The notes: generated from the sequence alone by a model not told the origin. A DNA stretch of 64,000 nucleotides from a virus (IMGVR_UViG_3300008448_000032:22903-86902); one strand, 5' to 3'; counted from the stretch's first letter, positions 1 through 9,304 are shown. Numbers and translations: made by a program.

Positions 1-1215
1 CTTCCAGAAGTCATTGAAGGGATGAAGAAAATAATGGGAGACGAGAAAGCAAAAGAGTACATAAAACTTTCAAATGAAGTTAGTGATATAGCTCAAGCTT
101 ACTATTGGATAATTCCGGTAGAAGTACAGGAGAGAATGTGGAAAACCAATAAAGAGGGGATGAGTGGAGTAGTTGGCGTTGATTGGGAAGAAAAAACTGA
201 ATCTGAAGAAGACCTAGCTAAAAAAATTCTGGATAGTCTAAATAAAGACGGGGATCTTCCTAAAGAAGAGACCGAAGAACTTTTCTACGAAACTCAGCCA
301 ACAATAAAAGCAAGGGGGAAAGATTTTTCTATGCTTATCCACGAAACGGTTAAAGGAGTTTATGAACTAATCGCTGCTATTGCAATTCCTGACGGCGAAG
401 AGGTAGCGGGAACAGTTCTTATGAATACAGATTCATTAGCAGATGAAATAGAAGATCTTAGATATGGACCTAAGATAGCATCCGATATTAGAGACTACCT
501 AAATACGTTCCCTGAAGTTCAAAATGATGAAGTTCCTAATCTAAGAGAACACATCATGGGCAAACTCTACATCATGGATGCCCCAGAATTTCTAGATGTT
601 ATTCTTTCTATACTTAATGGGGATAATAGACACAGAAGAAATATAGAAGGAATAATTAAAGATGTAATTAAAGAGATAAGAGATTTTGAACTAGAAGGAG
701 CTTTAGGAGATTTTGGTATAGATAACGATGACGATTATATGCCAGAACCACAGGGTAAAAAAGATTATTCTCAAATGGATAATGTAGATCTTAAGAGACA
801 TCTGGATGATGCTTTAGATAGAAGGGATTTTGACGAGGCAAGAATAATCCATTCTTATATAAAGGAATCTAAAGAAGCAGACGAGGCTTGGGCTCTAATC
901 CACACTTACGGAGGATACCCTTCTAATTCAGATCCTTCCCAGATAAATGAATCCGAAGAATTCAATGATCTATATAAAGGAACAGTTCTGACAATGGACG
1001 TTATAGATGGAAAGACCAGAGAGAAAAAAGGAACCATAAAAACTAAAATAAACGAAATGGTTCTAGAGGGTAACTCTTATTTTCTAAGATGTTCCGGAGA
1101 CGTAAATATAGTTTACGATAAAGACACACAAGAATTTGTAGAAGGTTATAAACCCCAATATTTAGTTTATCAATTGGATGAATCAAATTCTCAAATTCTA
1201 GATTTTTTAAAATAA
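1..1215 (+). CDS. Hypothetical jumbo-phage protein, probably 5'-truncated; possible head-internal protein
   Basis: The frame is open from base 1 through the ATG at 22. Acidic protein with a UVR-like helix pair (LDDALDRRDFDEARII) and internal I-x-E-S sites (IKES, INES). Confidence 0.6.
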   Translation, partial: LPEVIEGMKKIMGDEKAKEYIKLSNEVSDIAQAYYWIIPVEVQERMWKTNKEGMSGVVGVDWEEKTESEEDLAKKILDSLNKDGDLPKEETEELFYETQPTIKARGKDFSMLIHETVKGVYELIAAIAIPDGEEVAGTVLMNTDSLADEIEDLRYGPKIASDIRDYLNTFPEVQNDEVPNLREHIMGKLYIMDAPEFLDVILSILNGDNRHRRNIEGIIKDVIKEIRDFELEGALGDFGIDNDDDYMPEPQGKKDYSQMDNVDLKRHLDDALDRRDFDEARIIHSYIKESKEADEAWALIHTYGGYPSNSDPSQINESEEFNDLYKGTVLTMDVIDGKTREKKGTIKTKINEMVLEGNSYFLRCSGDVNIVYDKDTQEFVEGYKPQYLVYQLDESNSQILDFLK

Positions 1216-1238
1216 ACCAAAAAAATAAAAACAAAAAG

Positions 1239-1246
1239 GATATATA
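1239..1246 (+). promoter_or_regulatory. Putative phage late promoter box GATATATA
   Basis: Exact motif about 30 nt upstream of ATG 1278; it recurs upstream of many genes. Confidence 0.7.
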
Positions 1247-1277
1247 ATTCAATTAACTTAAAAATAAATAATAAAAT

Positions 1278-2762
1278 ATGAAAACAACAAGACCAGTATT
1301 TGAAAGTTTTTATTCTTTCGTAGATTTTCTTAATGAATCTATTGATGGAGAATATTACGAAGATTATCTTTTAGAGGATGAAGGAGATCCGGGAGATGAA
1401 TTAGATTCTGACACAGAAACCGGAAAGCTTTCCGAATTTTCAAATAGTCTAAGAGGGATGGAAAAAATTAATCCAAAAATTGTAGAAAAACTTTCAGCTT
1501 CATTTAAAACATTGGTTACCGATGCAGGAGCAAAAGCTTTGGAATCTTATGCCCAAAAAATTGCATCTTTTGCTGCATCTACGAAATCAGGAGTTAAATT
1601 GATAAGAAACCAATTGACTGGAGGTGGCGCCGGAGCATATTATAAGTGGTTAATTAACGGGACTTGTAAAGTTAAAGGTCAGCCAGCAATGAATGAAGAA
1701 GGAGTTATTAGAGATCTAGCTTTAACTGTAGATGACGATGGATCGTCTTTCTACCCTCTTTCTGATGTTCTTATTGGAATATTACAGAGAAATTTGAAAG
1801 CTTTATCCGATGTATTGGCAACAAAAGATGAAAAAACAATCCAAAAAGCTGCTAATGGAGGTAAAAAAGGAGGAAATGGAATAATTGAAAAAAAACAATT
1901 GTTAACGATAGATCCAGCATCAATAAAAACCAGAATATTAGAAGTACTCCCGTACGAGAAAGAATTCCATACGGCGGCAAAAAAAGATATGAGAGACGGG
2001 ACTCAAGTGGGACCAAAAGACAGCTATGTAATTTCTGCTTCCCGACTAGACGGAAAAGATAAAGTTAAATTTGGGAGATATGAATATGCCTTTGTCCTTC
2101 CTATTTGGGCTTTAGTCCCATCGTCTATAAAAGCATCTACCAACAAGGTGGATGAAAAAACATATACGACTGTTCTTCCCCCTGCTCAGGGAACTGAAAT
2201 TAAAATTGTAGATAAGCCTTTTAATTCTTCTAAAGAGCAATTCTTTTCAGCAGGATCCGTAACTTTATTACAATCAGGGGTAAATGATATGAAAGCTATG
2301 CTTTCTCAATTTAATTCGATAGAAAAAATAAAAGTTGTAGGTGGAGCATCCCAAGCTCCTACTAAATATGTATCTTCTAATGAAGAAACAAAAAAAGAAA
2401 TTACCCAAGAAAATACAAAAGCAGCAAAAGTGTTAATAGGAAATGGATATCTTGCTTATGACCGAATGCTAGCAGGGGTAAGCGCTTTTGAAAAAATGAA
2501 GGAAGATGGAATCCAGCAACTTAAAAATTGTACTATAGAAAAATCTACGGCAGATGAAGTTCTTAAAAATGTACAAACGATAGATGCAGAAAGTGATCCT
2601 AAAATGCAACAAATTACTTTTTATGTTAGTGGTATGGTCAAAGGAGTAGATCAAATAGCAGATAATAAACCAACTATAATTAAAAGGACTGTTGACATAA
2701 CATCTCAACAGGTGAAAATTGTTCAATTTCAATATGTTTTAGCATTTGATATTAAGAAATAA
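1278..2762 (+). CDS. Protein with capsid-targeting-like leader and C-terminal OmpA-like peptidoglycan-binding domain
   Basis: N-terminus ...FYSFVDFLNES; the C-terminal pattern FFSAGSVTL...IKVVGGAS...NGYLAYDR resembles the OmpA_C fold. Confidence 0.5.
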   Translation: MKTTRPVFESFYSFVDFLNESIDGEYYEDYLLEDEGDPGDELDSDTETGKLSEFSNSLRGMEKINPKIVEKLSASFKTLVTDAGAKALESYAQKIASFAASTKSGVKLIRNQLTGGGAGAYYKWLINGTCKVKGQPAMNEEGVIRDLALTVDDDGSSFYPLSDVLIGILQRNLKALSDVLATKDEKTIQKAANGGKKGGNGIIEKKQLLTIDPASIKTRILEVLPYEKEFHTAAKKDMRDGTQVGPKDSYVISASRLDGKDKVKFGRYEYAFVLPIWALVPSSIKASTNKVDEKTYTTVLPPAQGTEIKIVDKPFNSSKEQFFSAGSVTLLQSGVNDMKAMLSQFNSIEKIKVVGGASQAPTKYVSSNEETKKEITQENTKAAKVLIGNGYLAYDRMLAGVSAFEKMKEDGIQQLKNCTIEKSTADEVLKNVQTIDAESDPKMQQITFYVSGMVKGVDQIADNKPTIIKRTVDITSQQVKIVQFQYVLAFDIKK

Positions 2763-2775
2763 TAAGAAACAATAA

Positions 2776-2819
2776 GAAACAAAAAAACCCAGATTTTTAA
2801 ATCTGGGTTTTTTTGTTTC
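2776..2819. terminator. Bidirectional rho-independent terminator
   Basis: Perfect 21-bp inverted repeat gaaacaaaaaaacccagattt / aaatctgggtttttttgtttc between convergent genes, with A and T tracts on both sides. Confidence 0.9.
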
Positions 2820-2828
2820 CCCAATTTT

Positions 2829-3332
2829 TTATTCTATCTCTGAAATTTCTGAAATTCCAGAAAGACTTTCCCTTGTTATATTATTATCAACAATTAATCC
2901 GTATCGGATTAATCCCCCATATTGTTTAGTAGCTACTGCTGAAAAATCTACATAATATTTTTTTATAGTTTTTTCTCCCCCAAAATTAGGACTGTTGTAT
3001 AAATATTCAACGTATTCCTTTACTATCCTTTTAGCTTCAGATAATTCATCTTTTTCGTGATTAACCATCCCTCCTCCTTTTGTACCAAAGCACATTGGAT
3101 CCCCTGCTTCTTCCTGACTAACTGCTTTTGCTGCATAGTTATTAGTAGTGTCTTCGATCATCCAAGGAAATGCTACGTACATTTCTTGAGTTAAATACTT
3201 TTGGAATAATTGGACATCAAATCCTTTGCTGATGTCGAATCCATCCGATTCACTAAAATCTTCGAATCCTGTCTTTTGTGCATTAATAGATGTTCCAAAT
3301 GCTAATGCTAAAACTAAAACTAACTTTTTCAT
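2829..3332 (-). CDS. Secreted/periplasmic hypothetical protein with Sec signal peptide
   Basis: MKKLVLVLALAFGTSINA|Q is a typical signal peptide with Gln at +1. Confidence 0.75.
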   Translation of the reverse strand: MKKLVLVLALAFGTSINAQKTGFEDFSESDGFDISKGFDVQLFQKYLTQEMYVAFPWMIEDTTNNYAAKAVSQEEAGDPMCFGTKGGGMVNHEKDELSEAKRIVKEYVEYLYNSPNFGGEKTIKKYYVDFSAVATKQYGGLIRYGLIVDNNITRESLSGISEISEIE

Positions 3333-3369
3333 GGCTTTTAAAAATTAAATTAATAAATTATTTATAGAT

Positions 3370-3377
3370 CAAATATA
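3370..3377 (-). promoter_or_regulatory. Bacteroidota-type -7 promoter element (TAnnTTTG)
   Basis: The minus strand reads ccgTATATTTG about 38 nt upstream of the 3332 start; no clear -33 TTTG. Confidence 0.6.
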
Positions 3378-3426
3378 CGGTATTTATCGTAGAAAAAAAA
3401 TTTCCGGTAAAAAAATTTAAAAAAAA

Positions 3427-3453
3427 GAAACTAAAAGAAATAAAATCATATAA
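3427..3453 (+). promoter_or_regulatory. Bipartite phage promoter GAAA-N18-TATAA
   Basis: Immediately upstream of dda; the same architecture with N19 occurs at five other intergenic sites. Confidence 0.5.
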
Positions 3454-3459
3454 GGGTCG

Positions 3460-4914
3460 ATGACTAAATTAAAAAAGAAAGAATTAATACCTAAGGTAGA
3501 CACATCTACACTAAACGAGGACCAGAAAAAGTCTTTTGATTCCCTGGTAGATTTTATAACGGATCTCAATGATGATTCTATATACGTTCTAAAGGGATGG
3601 GCAGGAACTGGAAAAACTTACACCATAAGTCTTCTCGTTAGATACGTTTTAGAAGTCATACAGCCGACTCGTCTCTGGTACAAAGTTGGTGTTACCGGTC
3701 CTACTAATAAATCCGTACGCGTAATAAGAAAAGCAACTGGCATATCCAGCTCTAGAGTTCAGTTTCAAACTGTCCATAAGATACTTGGGCTTTCAGAAAA
3801 GATCACCTCAGATGGACAGCAGATCTTTGTCAATGATGGGGATTTTAGACCACAGATAAGAACTCTAAAGCTTCTTATTGTTGATGAGGTATCTATGCTC
3901 AACGACGATCTTTTTGAGGAACTTCTTAAATATCGGGATAAAACCAAAATCATTTTTATGGGGGATCCAGCTCAGATTCCTCCCGTAGGAAGACCTGATT
4001 GTATTCCTTTTAGGGATGAGCTCCTAGATGGATATAGAATAAAAACTCTAAATCTCAGACAGATAATGAGACAAAAAGAGGGAAATCCCATAATAGAATC
4101 TTCTGTAAAGATAAGGAAGAATATAGGAAATTCTAATTCCGGAATCTCCCCCGAAAATAAAATAAATCAAATAGGTGAAGGAGTAGAATTTGTAAATCTA
4201 AATTCTCCGGAATCCAGATCTTCTTTCAGAACAATTTTAGAGAAATACTTTAAAACTGATAGATTTAAAGATGACCCAGAATACTGTAAGATAATAGGAT
4301 GGAGAAATAAAACTATATCCTCTATGAACGATCTAGTAAGAAAGGTTATCTACGGAGAAGAAGCTCTATCTTCTAAGATTCTAATTGGGGAAAAACTCAT
4401 AGCAAATTCTCCTATCCTCGAAAAAGACACGATAATATTTAATACCAATGACGAATTTACTGTGGAATCTTTCGAAGTAGAATCAGAAGATCTAAGGTTT
4501 AAAGTCTCCGATCATCCGGATGACGACCCGTACCCGATATCTCTAAAACATTACGAAGCCTTAGTTTCCTACTTGGACGAAGATGATGATTTGGTAAGAA
4601 GAACCATCCGTATCCTTCACGAAGACAGCGAAGAAGAATTTAAAAAATTAGCAAACGTACTTAAGCTTAGAGCTATAAATAAAAAGGGAAAGGATAAGAG
4701 CTGGCTTGTCTATTATAATTTCCTTAGAAGGTACGCAGATGTTATGTACAGTTATTCGATAACTGCACACAAGGCACAGGGAAGCACATACGACACGGTA
4801 TTCCTACTAGAAGACGATATAGATGTTAATTGGAACATCATAGAAAGAAACCGAATAAAATACACAGCTTATACGAGATCAAGTCGAAAACTCTATGTGG
4901 TCAAAAGATATTAA
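3460..4914 (+). CDS. dda: Dda-like SF1B DNA helicase
   Basis: Walker A GWAGTGKT, PTNKS, TVHKIL, Walker B IVDEVSM, GDPAQIPPV, MRQ, TAHKAQGST, YTAYTR. Confidence 0.92.
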   Translation: MTKLKKKELIPKVDTSTLNEDQKKSFDSLVDFITDLNDDSIYVLKGWAGTGKTYTISLLVRYVLEVIQPTRLWYKVGVTGPTNKSVRVIRKATGISSSRVQFQTVHKILGLSEKITSDGQQIFVNDGDFRPQIRTLKLLIVDEVSMLNDDLFEELLKYRDKTKIIFMGDPAQIPPVGRPDCIPFRDELLDGYRIKTLNLRQIMRQKEGNPIIESSVKIRKNIGNSNSGISPENKINQIGEGVEFVNLNSPESRSSFRTILEKYFKTDRFKDDPEYCKIIGWRNKTISSMNDLVRKVIYGEEALSSKILIGEKLIANSPILEKDTIIFNTNDEFTVESFEVESEDLRFKVSDHPDDDPYPISLKHYEALVSYLDEDDDLVRRTIRILHEDSEEEFKKLANVLKLRAINKKGKDKSWLVYYNFLRRYADVMYSYSITAHKAQGSTYDTVFLLEDDIDVNWNIIERNRIKYTAYTRSSRKLYVVKRY

Positions 4915-4923
4915 GCAGAAAAA

Positions 4924-4931
4924 GATATATA
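4924..4931 (+). promoter_or_regulatory. Putative late promoter box GATATATA
   Basis: Exact motif upstream of the holin ATG at 4960. Confidence 0.7.
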
Positions 4932-4959
4932 AAACATATTAACCTTAAAACTAATAAAA

Positions 4960-5121
4960 ATGAAAAAAGAACAAATTTTAGGAATTGCTAGACACACATT
5001 AACTTTTATCGGTGGTATTCTAGTAACAAAAGGACTTTTTGATGCATCTGTTTGGGCAGAAATTTCAGGAAGTGTTATCACGTTAGCTGGTCTTATCTGG
5101 TCAGTTATCGATAAAAAATAA
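4960..5121 (+). CDS. Small two-TM putative holin (53 aa; absent from the ORF track)
   Basis: MKKEQILGIARHTLTFIGGILVTKGLFDASVWAEISGSVITLAGLIWSVIDKK; two hydrophobic segments, charged termini, own late box and terminator. Confidence 0.75.
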   Translation: MKKEQILGIARHTLTFIGGILVTKGLFDASVWAEISGSVITLAGLIWSVIDKK

Positions 5122-5141
5122 GAACCTTCCCTATTCGTCAT

Positions 5142-5167
5142 CCCCAGGAGAAATTCTGGGGTTTTTT
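5142..5167 (+). terminator. Rho-independent terminator
   Basis: Hairpin ccccagga-GAAA-ttctgggg followed by tttttt. Confidence 0.85.
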
Positions 5168-5169
5168 GT

Positions 5170-5177
5170 GATATATA
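5170..5177 (+). promoter_or_regulatory. Putative late promoter box GATATATA
   Basis: Exact motif between the terminator and ATG 5186. Confidence 0.7.
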
Positions 5178-5185
5178 AAAATAAA

Positions 5186-5833
5186 ATGATCTATTCTTTT
5201 TCCGTATTCGAATCCATGAAAAATGGATCTAATCTATTGGATAAAGCAAGTCCAGATTTTGTACCCCATGAAACTTTTCATGAATTCTCTTGGGTAAAGC
5301 CAGAAGAATCTGAATGGTACTATTCTATAAAGAGAAATTCGCCTTTAGAGATTCCGAGAAATAGAAAATTCTATGACACGTTAGATTCCCCGTTAAGAGA
5401 AGGAGTGGAAATACTTCATAAAAAAGGAATCCCTACAACTCCTTCTTGCTCAGGTCATTTTAATCCGGACTCTTTCTATAATAAAATATACAAATCTCTT
5501 TGTTCCGAAGAAGAAGAAATAAGAGGGAAAGGGATAAATCTAAAAGATCCGGAAACGAACGAAAGGTATGTCTATAAAGATCCCAATTATAGAATACCCT
5601 GGGAGGAAAAATCATTTCTGGAAATATCTAGAGAGCATGGAAAAAAAGGAATAATAGGAATTTTAGATCCTATGGGTGAAATACAAAGGAGTCTAATGGA
5701 ATCTTCTGGATCTGATTGTCAGATAACAAGAAACGGAAATTTAACTTTTTTCATAACTTCTCCTAAAGATAAAAAATCATTGGATTCCTCTTGGGAGAAC
5801 TTTAACGATTCCATCAAAAATTTTTTTAAATAG
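5186..5833 (+). CDS. Hypothetical protein with TTPSCSGH motif (TYW3-N-terminal-like phage family)
   Basis: LHKKGIPTTPSCSGH motif; start moved to ATG 5186 because the track start at 5168 overlaps the promoter box. Confidence 0.55.
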   Translation: MIYSFSVFESMKNGSNLLDKASPDFVPHETFHEFSWVKPEESEWYYSIKRNSPLEIPRNRKFYDTLDSPLREGVEILHKKGIPTTPSCSGHFNPDSFYNKIYKSLCSEEEEIRGKGINLKDPETNERYVYKDPNYRIPWEEKSFLEISREHGKKGIIGILDPMGEIQRSLMESSGSDCQITRNGNLTFFITSPKDKKSLDSSWENFNDSIKNFFK

Positions 5834-5841
5834 GATATATA
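5834..5841 (+). promoter_or_regulatory. Putative late promoter box GATATATA
   Basis: Exact motif directly after the stop at 5833, upstream of ATG 5865. Confidence 0.7.
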
Positions 5842-5864
5842 AATTAAAATCTAAATTTATAATT

Positions 5865-6473
5865 ATGTCATACACAAGAGAACAAATTGAAGCGACAGTA
5901 AAATCTAAAGGGTATGTTTGGTTTGAAGATTCTTCGAATAAAACTTACGATGTTAATATTGTAGGGGTTAGGAATACTTCTCCTGCGGTTTACAAAAAAG
6001 TAACAAACGTATTCGATGACCATCTAACTCTTTCCTTTAAAGATGAAAAGGGAGCTTGGCAATACTATTGCTGGATGGGAACTTGCGATCCCGGAAAAAA
6101 AGGAGTAGAACAATTCCACAATAAAAAAGGTGTTGCTAGACTAGTTCCTGGACAGTATAGAGGAGTATGGAAAATAGACCTACACCAAGGAAAATATGAA
6201 GCTCTTTGTCAAAGAAATGGAAATGTTACGGTTTGGAGAGATGCAAATAGGGATTTAGTTTTCGAAGAGAATGTAACGGATACTGGAATTTTTGGAATCA
6301 ATATCCACAAAGCAGGACAAGATTCAGCTTGGGTTGAAAATTGGTCCGAAGGATGCCAGGTGTTCAAAAGAGTTAAGGATTTTGATGTGTTTATGTCTAT
6401 ATGTAAAAAAGCATCAAAAATTCATGGAAACAAATTTAGCTATACTCTTCTAGAATCAACAGATATAAAATAG
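5865..6473 (+). CDS. L,D-transpeptidase (YkuD)-fold-like peptidoglycan enzyme, candidate endolysin
   Basis: GINIHKAG...WSEGCQ matches the His...S-x-G-C catalytic signature; close to the holin and under a late box. Confidence 0.6.
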   Translation: MSYTREQIEATVKSKGYVWFEDSSNKTYDVNIVGVRNTSPAVYKKVTNVFDDHLTLSFKDEKGAWQYYCWMGTCDPGKKGVEQFHNKKGVARLVPGQYRGVWKIDLHQGKYEALCQRNGNVTVWRDANRDLVFEENVTDTGIFGINIHKAGQDSAWVENWSEGCQVFKRVKDFDVFMSICKKASKIHGNKFSYTLLESTDIK

Positions 6474-6477
6474 TAAA

Positions 6478-7884
6478 ATGTCTAGAAGAGTTAAAAATTA
6501 TTGGAATTTTTTAAATGAAGGAAATGCCCTTACTAAAAGTAAGGCAGCAAAAACTATAACTGCTGTTATAGACCCCGATACAAGGAGAAACATTAAAAGA
6601 AAATCCCAAGGAGAAATAGAGCAAAGTAAATCCAAAGACGGACAGACTTGGGCTGCAGATACTAGATACACATATCTTCCAGAGGAAGAAGGATATGTGG
6701 GATGGTCCAAATTTCACTTCGGTAAAGTAGTTTTGAGGGAAATCGAAGAAGAAGGATCAACAGAAAATGTGTATGAAGTTTTAACCGGACTAAATAAAGG
6801 GGTAAAAGGACCTTACGAATGGCAATCCGGAAATATCGGAACCCCAATTTACAATCCTCCGTATGGAAAAAAATGGGCAGATCTCCTAGGTCCTGACGAG
6901 GAATTCTTCAACAATTATGAATGGAATTCTAATCCTCCGATGAAAATTACATCTGTTCCCGGAATCGAAATAGCTAAAGTTGGGAATAAAGGGGAATGCC
7001 AATTAATCTACACCGATAAATTTCAGCTTTACGGAAAAGTAAAAATATATCATGATTTTAATTCAGATTCTAATTTTTCTTATGAGGTTTCGGATGGAAA
7101 TAATAAAGGAAAAAAAGGAAAAGGATTTTCTTTTATAAAAAGGGAAGAACTAGAAACAAAAGAAATTACTCCTTCTACCGAATTCCCTATTTTAAATAAT
7201 TTTTCAAAGGACGGAGAAATAATAAAAGCTTATGTAAAATTCCCTTATCCAACTCACAATGGATCAGGGTTTGGTGCCCAGTATGCAGGAAGTCCTTCGG
7301 GTAAACCTTATTCAATACCTTCTTCGTCAATAAACCCGGATCATTATATATGGTTAGATACTTCTGAATTTGAATCTATAAATTCTTCTAGCCTAGATGT
7401 TTTCAAATCTCTTTACGGAGATTTGAAATATAAAGATAAATTCGGAGAAAAAACTCTCGGAAGTCAATATCAAGAAAAATCTAAATATTATTGGGCAGAC
7501 ATAGGATCAGAGATAAAAGGGAATAAATTATCAGGATCTTATCTTTTCAATTATTTAGGATCTGGAAGCTACATCTATCTATATAGTGTTAATTCAAAAA
7601 ACGAGAGTAATGCAAGATTAAAATGGGACGATGAAGTAGGATGTTTTGGTAATAATTTTTTCACTGGACTTTTTATTACGGGGTTTGATCTTAAAAATCC
7701 AGGGGATAAATATACTAGAGAATATCTAAAAGGAGAATGGTTTTGGGATTACAAGAACAATTATGTGTGTTTACTATATGCTTATAATTCAAAAGGAGAA
7801 AAGAAAAGTGTAATATATAATTTAGATTCTCCTTCAGAACCGGTTCCTTATGATAAATGGGGGGGAGCAGGAGGAGATTGGTAA
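6478..7884 (+). CDS. Hypothetical protein with capsid-targeting-like leader
   Basis: 468-aa ORF; N-terminus MSRRVKNYWNFLNE; Gly/aromatic-rich body. Confidence 0.6.
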   Translation: MSRRVKNYWNFLNEGNALTKSKAAKTITAVIDPDTRRNIKRKSQGEIEQSKSKDGQTWAADTRYTYLPEEEGYVGWSKFHFGKVVLREIEEEGSTENVYEVLTGLNKGVKGPYEWQSGNIGTPIYNPPYGKKWADLLGPDEEFFNNYEWNSNPPMKITSVPGIEIAKVGNKGECQLIYTDKFQLYGKVKIYHDFNSDSNFSYEVSDGNNKGKKGKGFSFIKREELETKEITPSTEFPILNNFSKDGEIIKAYVKFPYPTHNGSGFGAQYAGSPSGKPYSIPSSSINPDHYIWLDTSEFESINSSSLDVFKSLYGDLKYKDKFGEKTLGSQYQEKSKYYWADIGSEIKGNKLSGSYLFNYLGSGSYIYLYSVNSKNESNARLKWDDEVGCFGNNFFTGLFITGFDLKNPGDKYTREYLKGEWFWDYKNNYVCLLYAYNSKGEKKSVIYNLDSPSEPVPYDKWGGAGGDW

Positions 7885-7897
7885 TTTAAAAATTAAA

Positions 7898-8794
7898 ATG
7901 AAAAAAATAAAACTATTCGAAAACTATTCTTTAGAGAATTATGAAAGAGAGATAGAAGAATCTATTTATGAAAAATGGTCTTCTAGAAATGGGGATTCTT
8001 TATATCTATTAGAATCCATGGGTTCTGAAGAGGAAGATAGGCTGGATTGGCTTGATGATGAGGAATTAACACCGGGAGAAATGAGAGCTTTGGAGAGAGA
8101 TCTTCAAGTTATTTCTAAAGAGCAACTAGCTGCTTTGTATCTAAAAGCTTTAGGACAATATGAATTCGGGGATCCAGAAAGAATGAAAGGAAGAAGATCT
8201 AAATCAGAGGTTGTTCAAGAAGACGTATATGTAACTGGAATCCCAGGAATAGAAGAATTTTGCTCTGAAGACTGGAAAAGCGGAAATCTATTTATTGGTC
8301 CTAGTGCTCTTTCTGATGCGATAGGACTGAGATCTTTGGGTACTGTAACAAGAACAGTTAATAAATTTAGACTTCTTTTAGACGGAGAATCAGAGGGAAG
8401 ATATGACGAGGTGGTTTACCCTAAAGTTATAAATGCGTTTGATTTTTTCAAAGGAAAATCTCCAGAAGTTATACAGGGAATAGCTGCAGGGGGAATACAA
8501 AATCCAGAAACTTCTAAAGAGCACAGATCTGTTCTTAAAGGATCTGGTATTTCTAAAGCTGATTCTCTAATAATAGGAAAATTGGTTCATTCTCTTTTTA
8601 AAGATTATATGTCTAATTCTTTTTTCAGGAAGAATGTTTGTAAAGCTCAAAGCTCTGCTATATCTTCTATTTCCAAATCTAAAAGAATATCTCCTGAAGA
8701 GCTGGAAACATCATATAAAAATTATCTAATATCTCAAAAAATGTTAGATAAATTCAATTGGTGCGGACTTTATTCTAAATATGGGATCTACTAA
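7898..8794 (+). CDS. Hypothetical protein with capsid-targeting-like leader
   Basis: In-frame ATG 7898 after an A-rich leader gives MKKIKLFENY...IEES and avoids overlap with the upstream gene. Confidence 0.6.
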   Translation: MKKIKLFENYSLENYEREIEESIYEKWSSRNGDSLYLLESMGSEEEDRLDWLDDEELTPGEMRALERDLQVISKEQLAALYLKALGQYEFGDPERMKGRRSKSEVVQEDVYVTGIPGIEEFCSEDWKSGNLFIGPSALSDAIGLRSLGTVTRTVNKFRLLLDGESEGRYDEVVYPKVINAFDFFKGKSPEVIQGIAAGGIQNPETSKEHRSVLKGSGISKADSLIIGKLVHSLFKDYMSNSFFRKNVCKAQSSAISSISKSKRISPEELETSYKNYLISQKMLDKFNWCGLYSKYGIY

Positions 8795-9273
8795 AAATTA
8801 AAATTTCCTAGAAAAAGAAGAAAGGAAATTACCAAAAGAAATTCATAATGTCTTTTTATGTAAATCTTAGGGTTTATACAATCAACATAATTTATTCTTT
8901 CATAGAAATAATCACATCTATCTCTATCTGATAAAGAAAATTCCATATTTGATTTTTCTAAAAATTCTGAATTTTGTTTAGATTCCCATTCGTAAAACAC
9001 CTCAGCTTCCATACACATATCCAATACGGTTTCCCGAGTAAGAATTACCCTCTTGTGTTCTGCAATTATTAAAAGGGGAATAAAAAATCCTAGGAAATAA
9101 GTATTATAATAAAATTCTATTCCAGCAGATACTAGGATTAGAAAAGAGTAGAGACCTAAACTAGATTTCTTACCCGTAAATAATATAGGAAAAATTCTAA
9201 ACATTTTAGAGGTCTCGGGACATTCCCGATATAAAGATCTGTAGAATTTTTCTGATTTCGATTCTTTTTCCAT
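8791..9273 (-). CDS. Hypothetical membrane protein (about 3 TM segments)
   Basis: Start MEKESKSEK at 9273; hydrophobic segments LGLYSFLILVSAGI, YFLGFFIPLLII and FLLVISFLLFL. Confidence 0.6.
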   Translation of the reverse strand: MEKESKSEKFYRSLYRECPETSKMFRIFPILFTGKKSSLGLYSFLILVSAGIEFYYNTYFLGFFIPLLIIAEHKRVILTRETVLDMCMEAEVFYEWESKQNSEFLEKSNMEFSLSDRDRCDYFYERINYVDCINPKIYIKRHYEFLLVISFLLFLGNFNF

Positions 9274-9285
9274 TTTAAAATAATT

Positions 9286-9293
9286 GATATATA
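9286..9293 (+). promoter_or_regulatory. Putative late promoter box GATATATA
   Basis: Exact motif upstream of ATG 9309, in a divergent intergenic region. Confidence 0.65.
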
Positions 9294-9296
9294 AAT

Positions 9297-9304
9297 CAAA
9301 TATA
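9297..9304 (-). promoter_or_regulatory. Bacteroidota-type -7 promoter element (TAnnTTTG)
   Basis: Minus strand TATATTTG about 24 nt upstream of the 9273 start. Confidence 0.55.

Noticed and set aside
2761-2780. 10-bp tandem duplication aataagaaac x2
   Set aside because: Short and low-complexity, adjacent to the terminator arm; no evidence of function.
4911-5141. Minus-strand 76-aa ORF from the track
   Set aside because: It is the antisense shadow of the plus-strand holin (4960-5121), which has a promoter, a terminator and a recognisable sequence.
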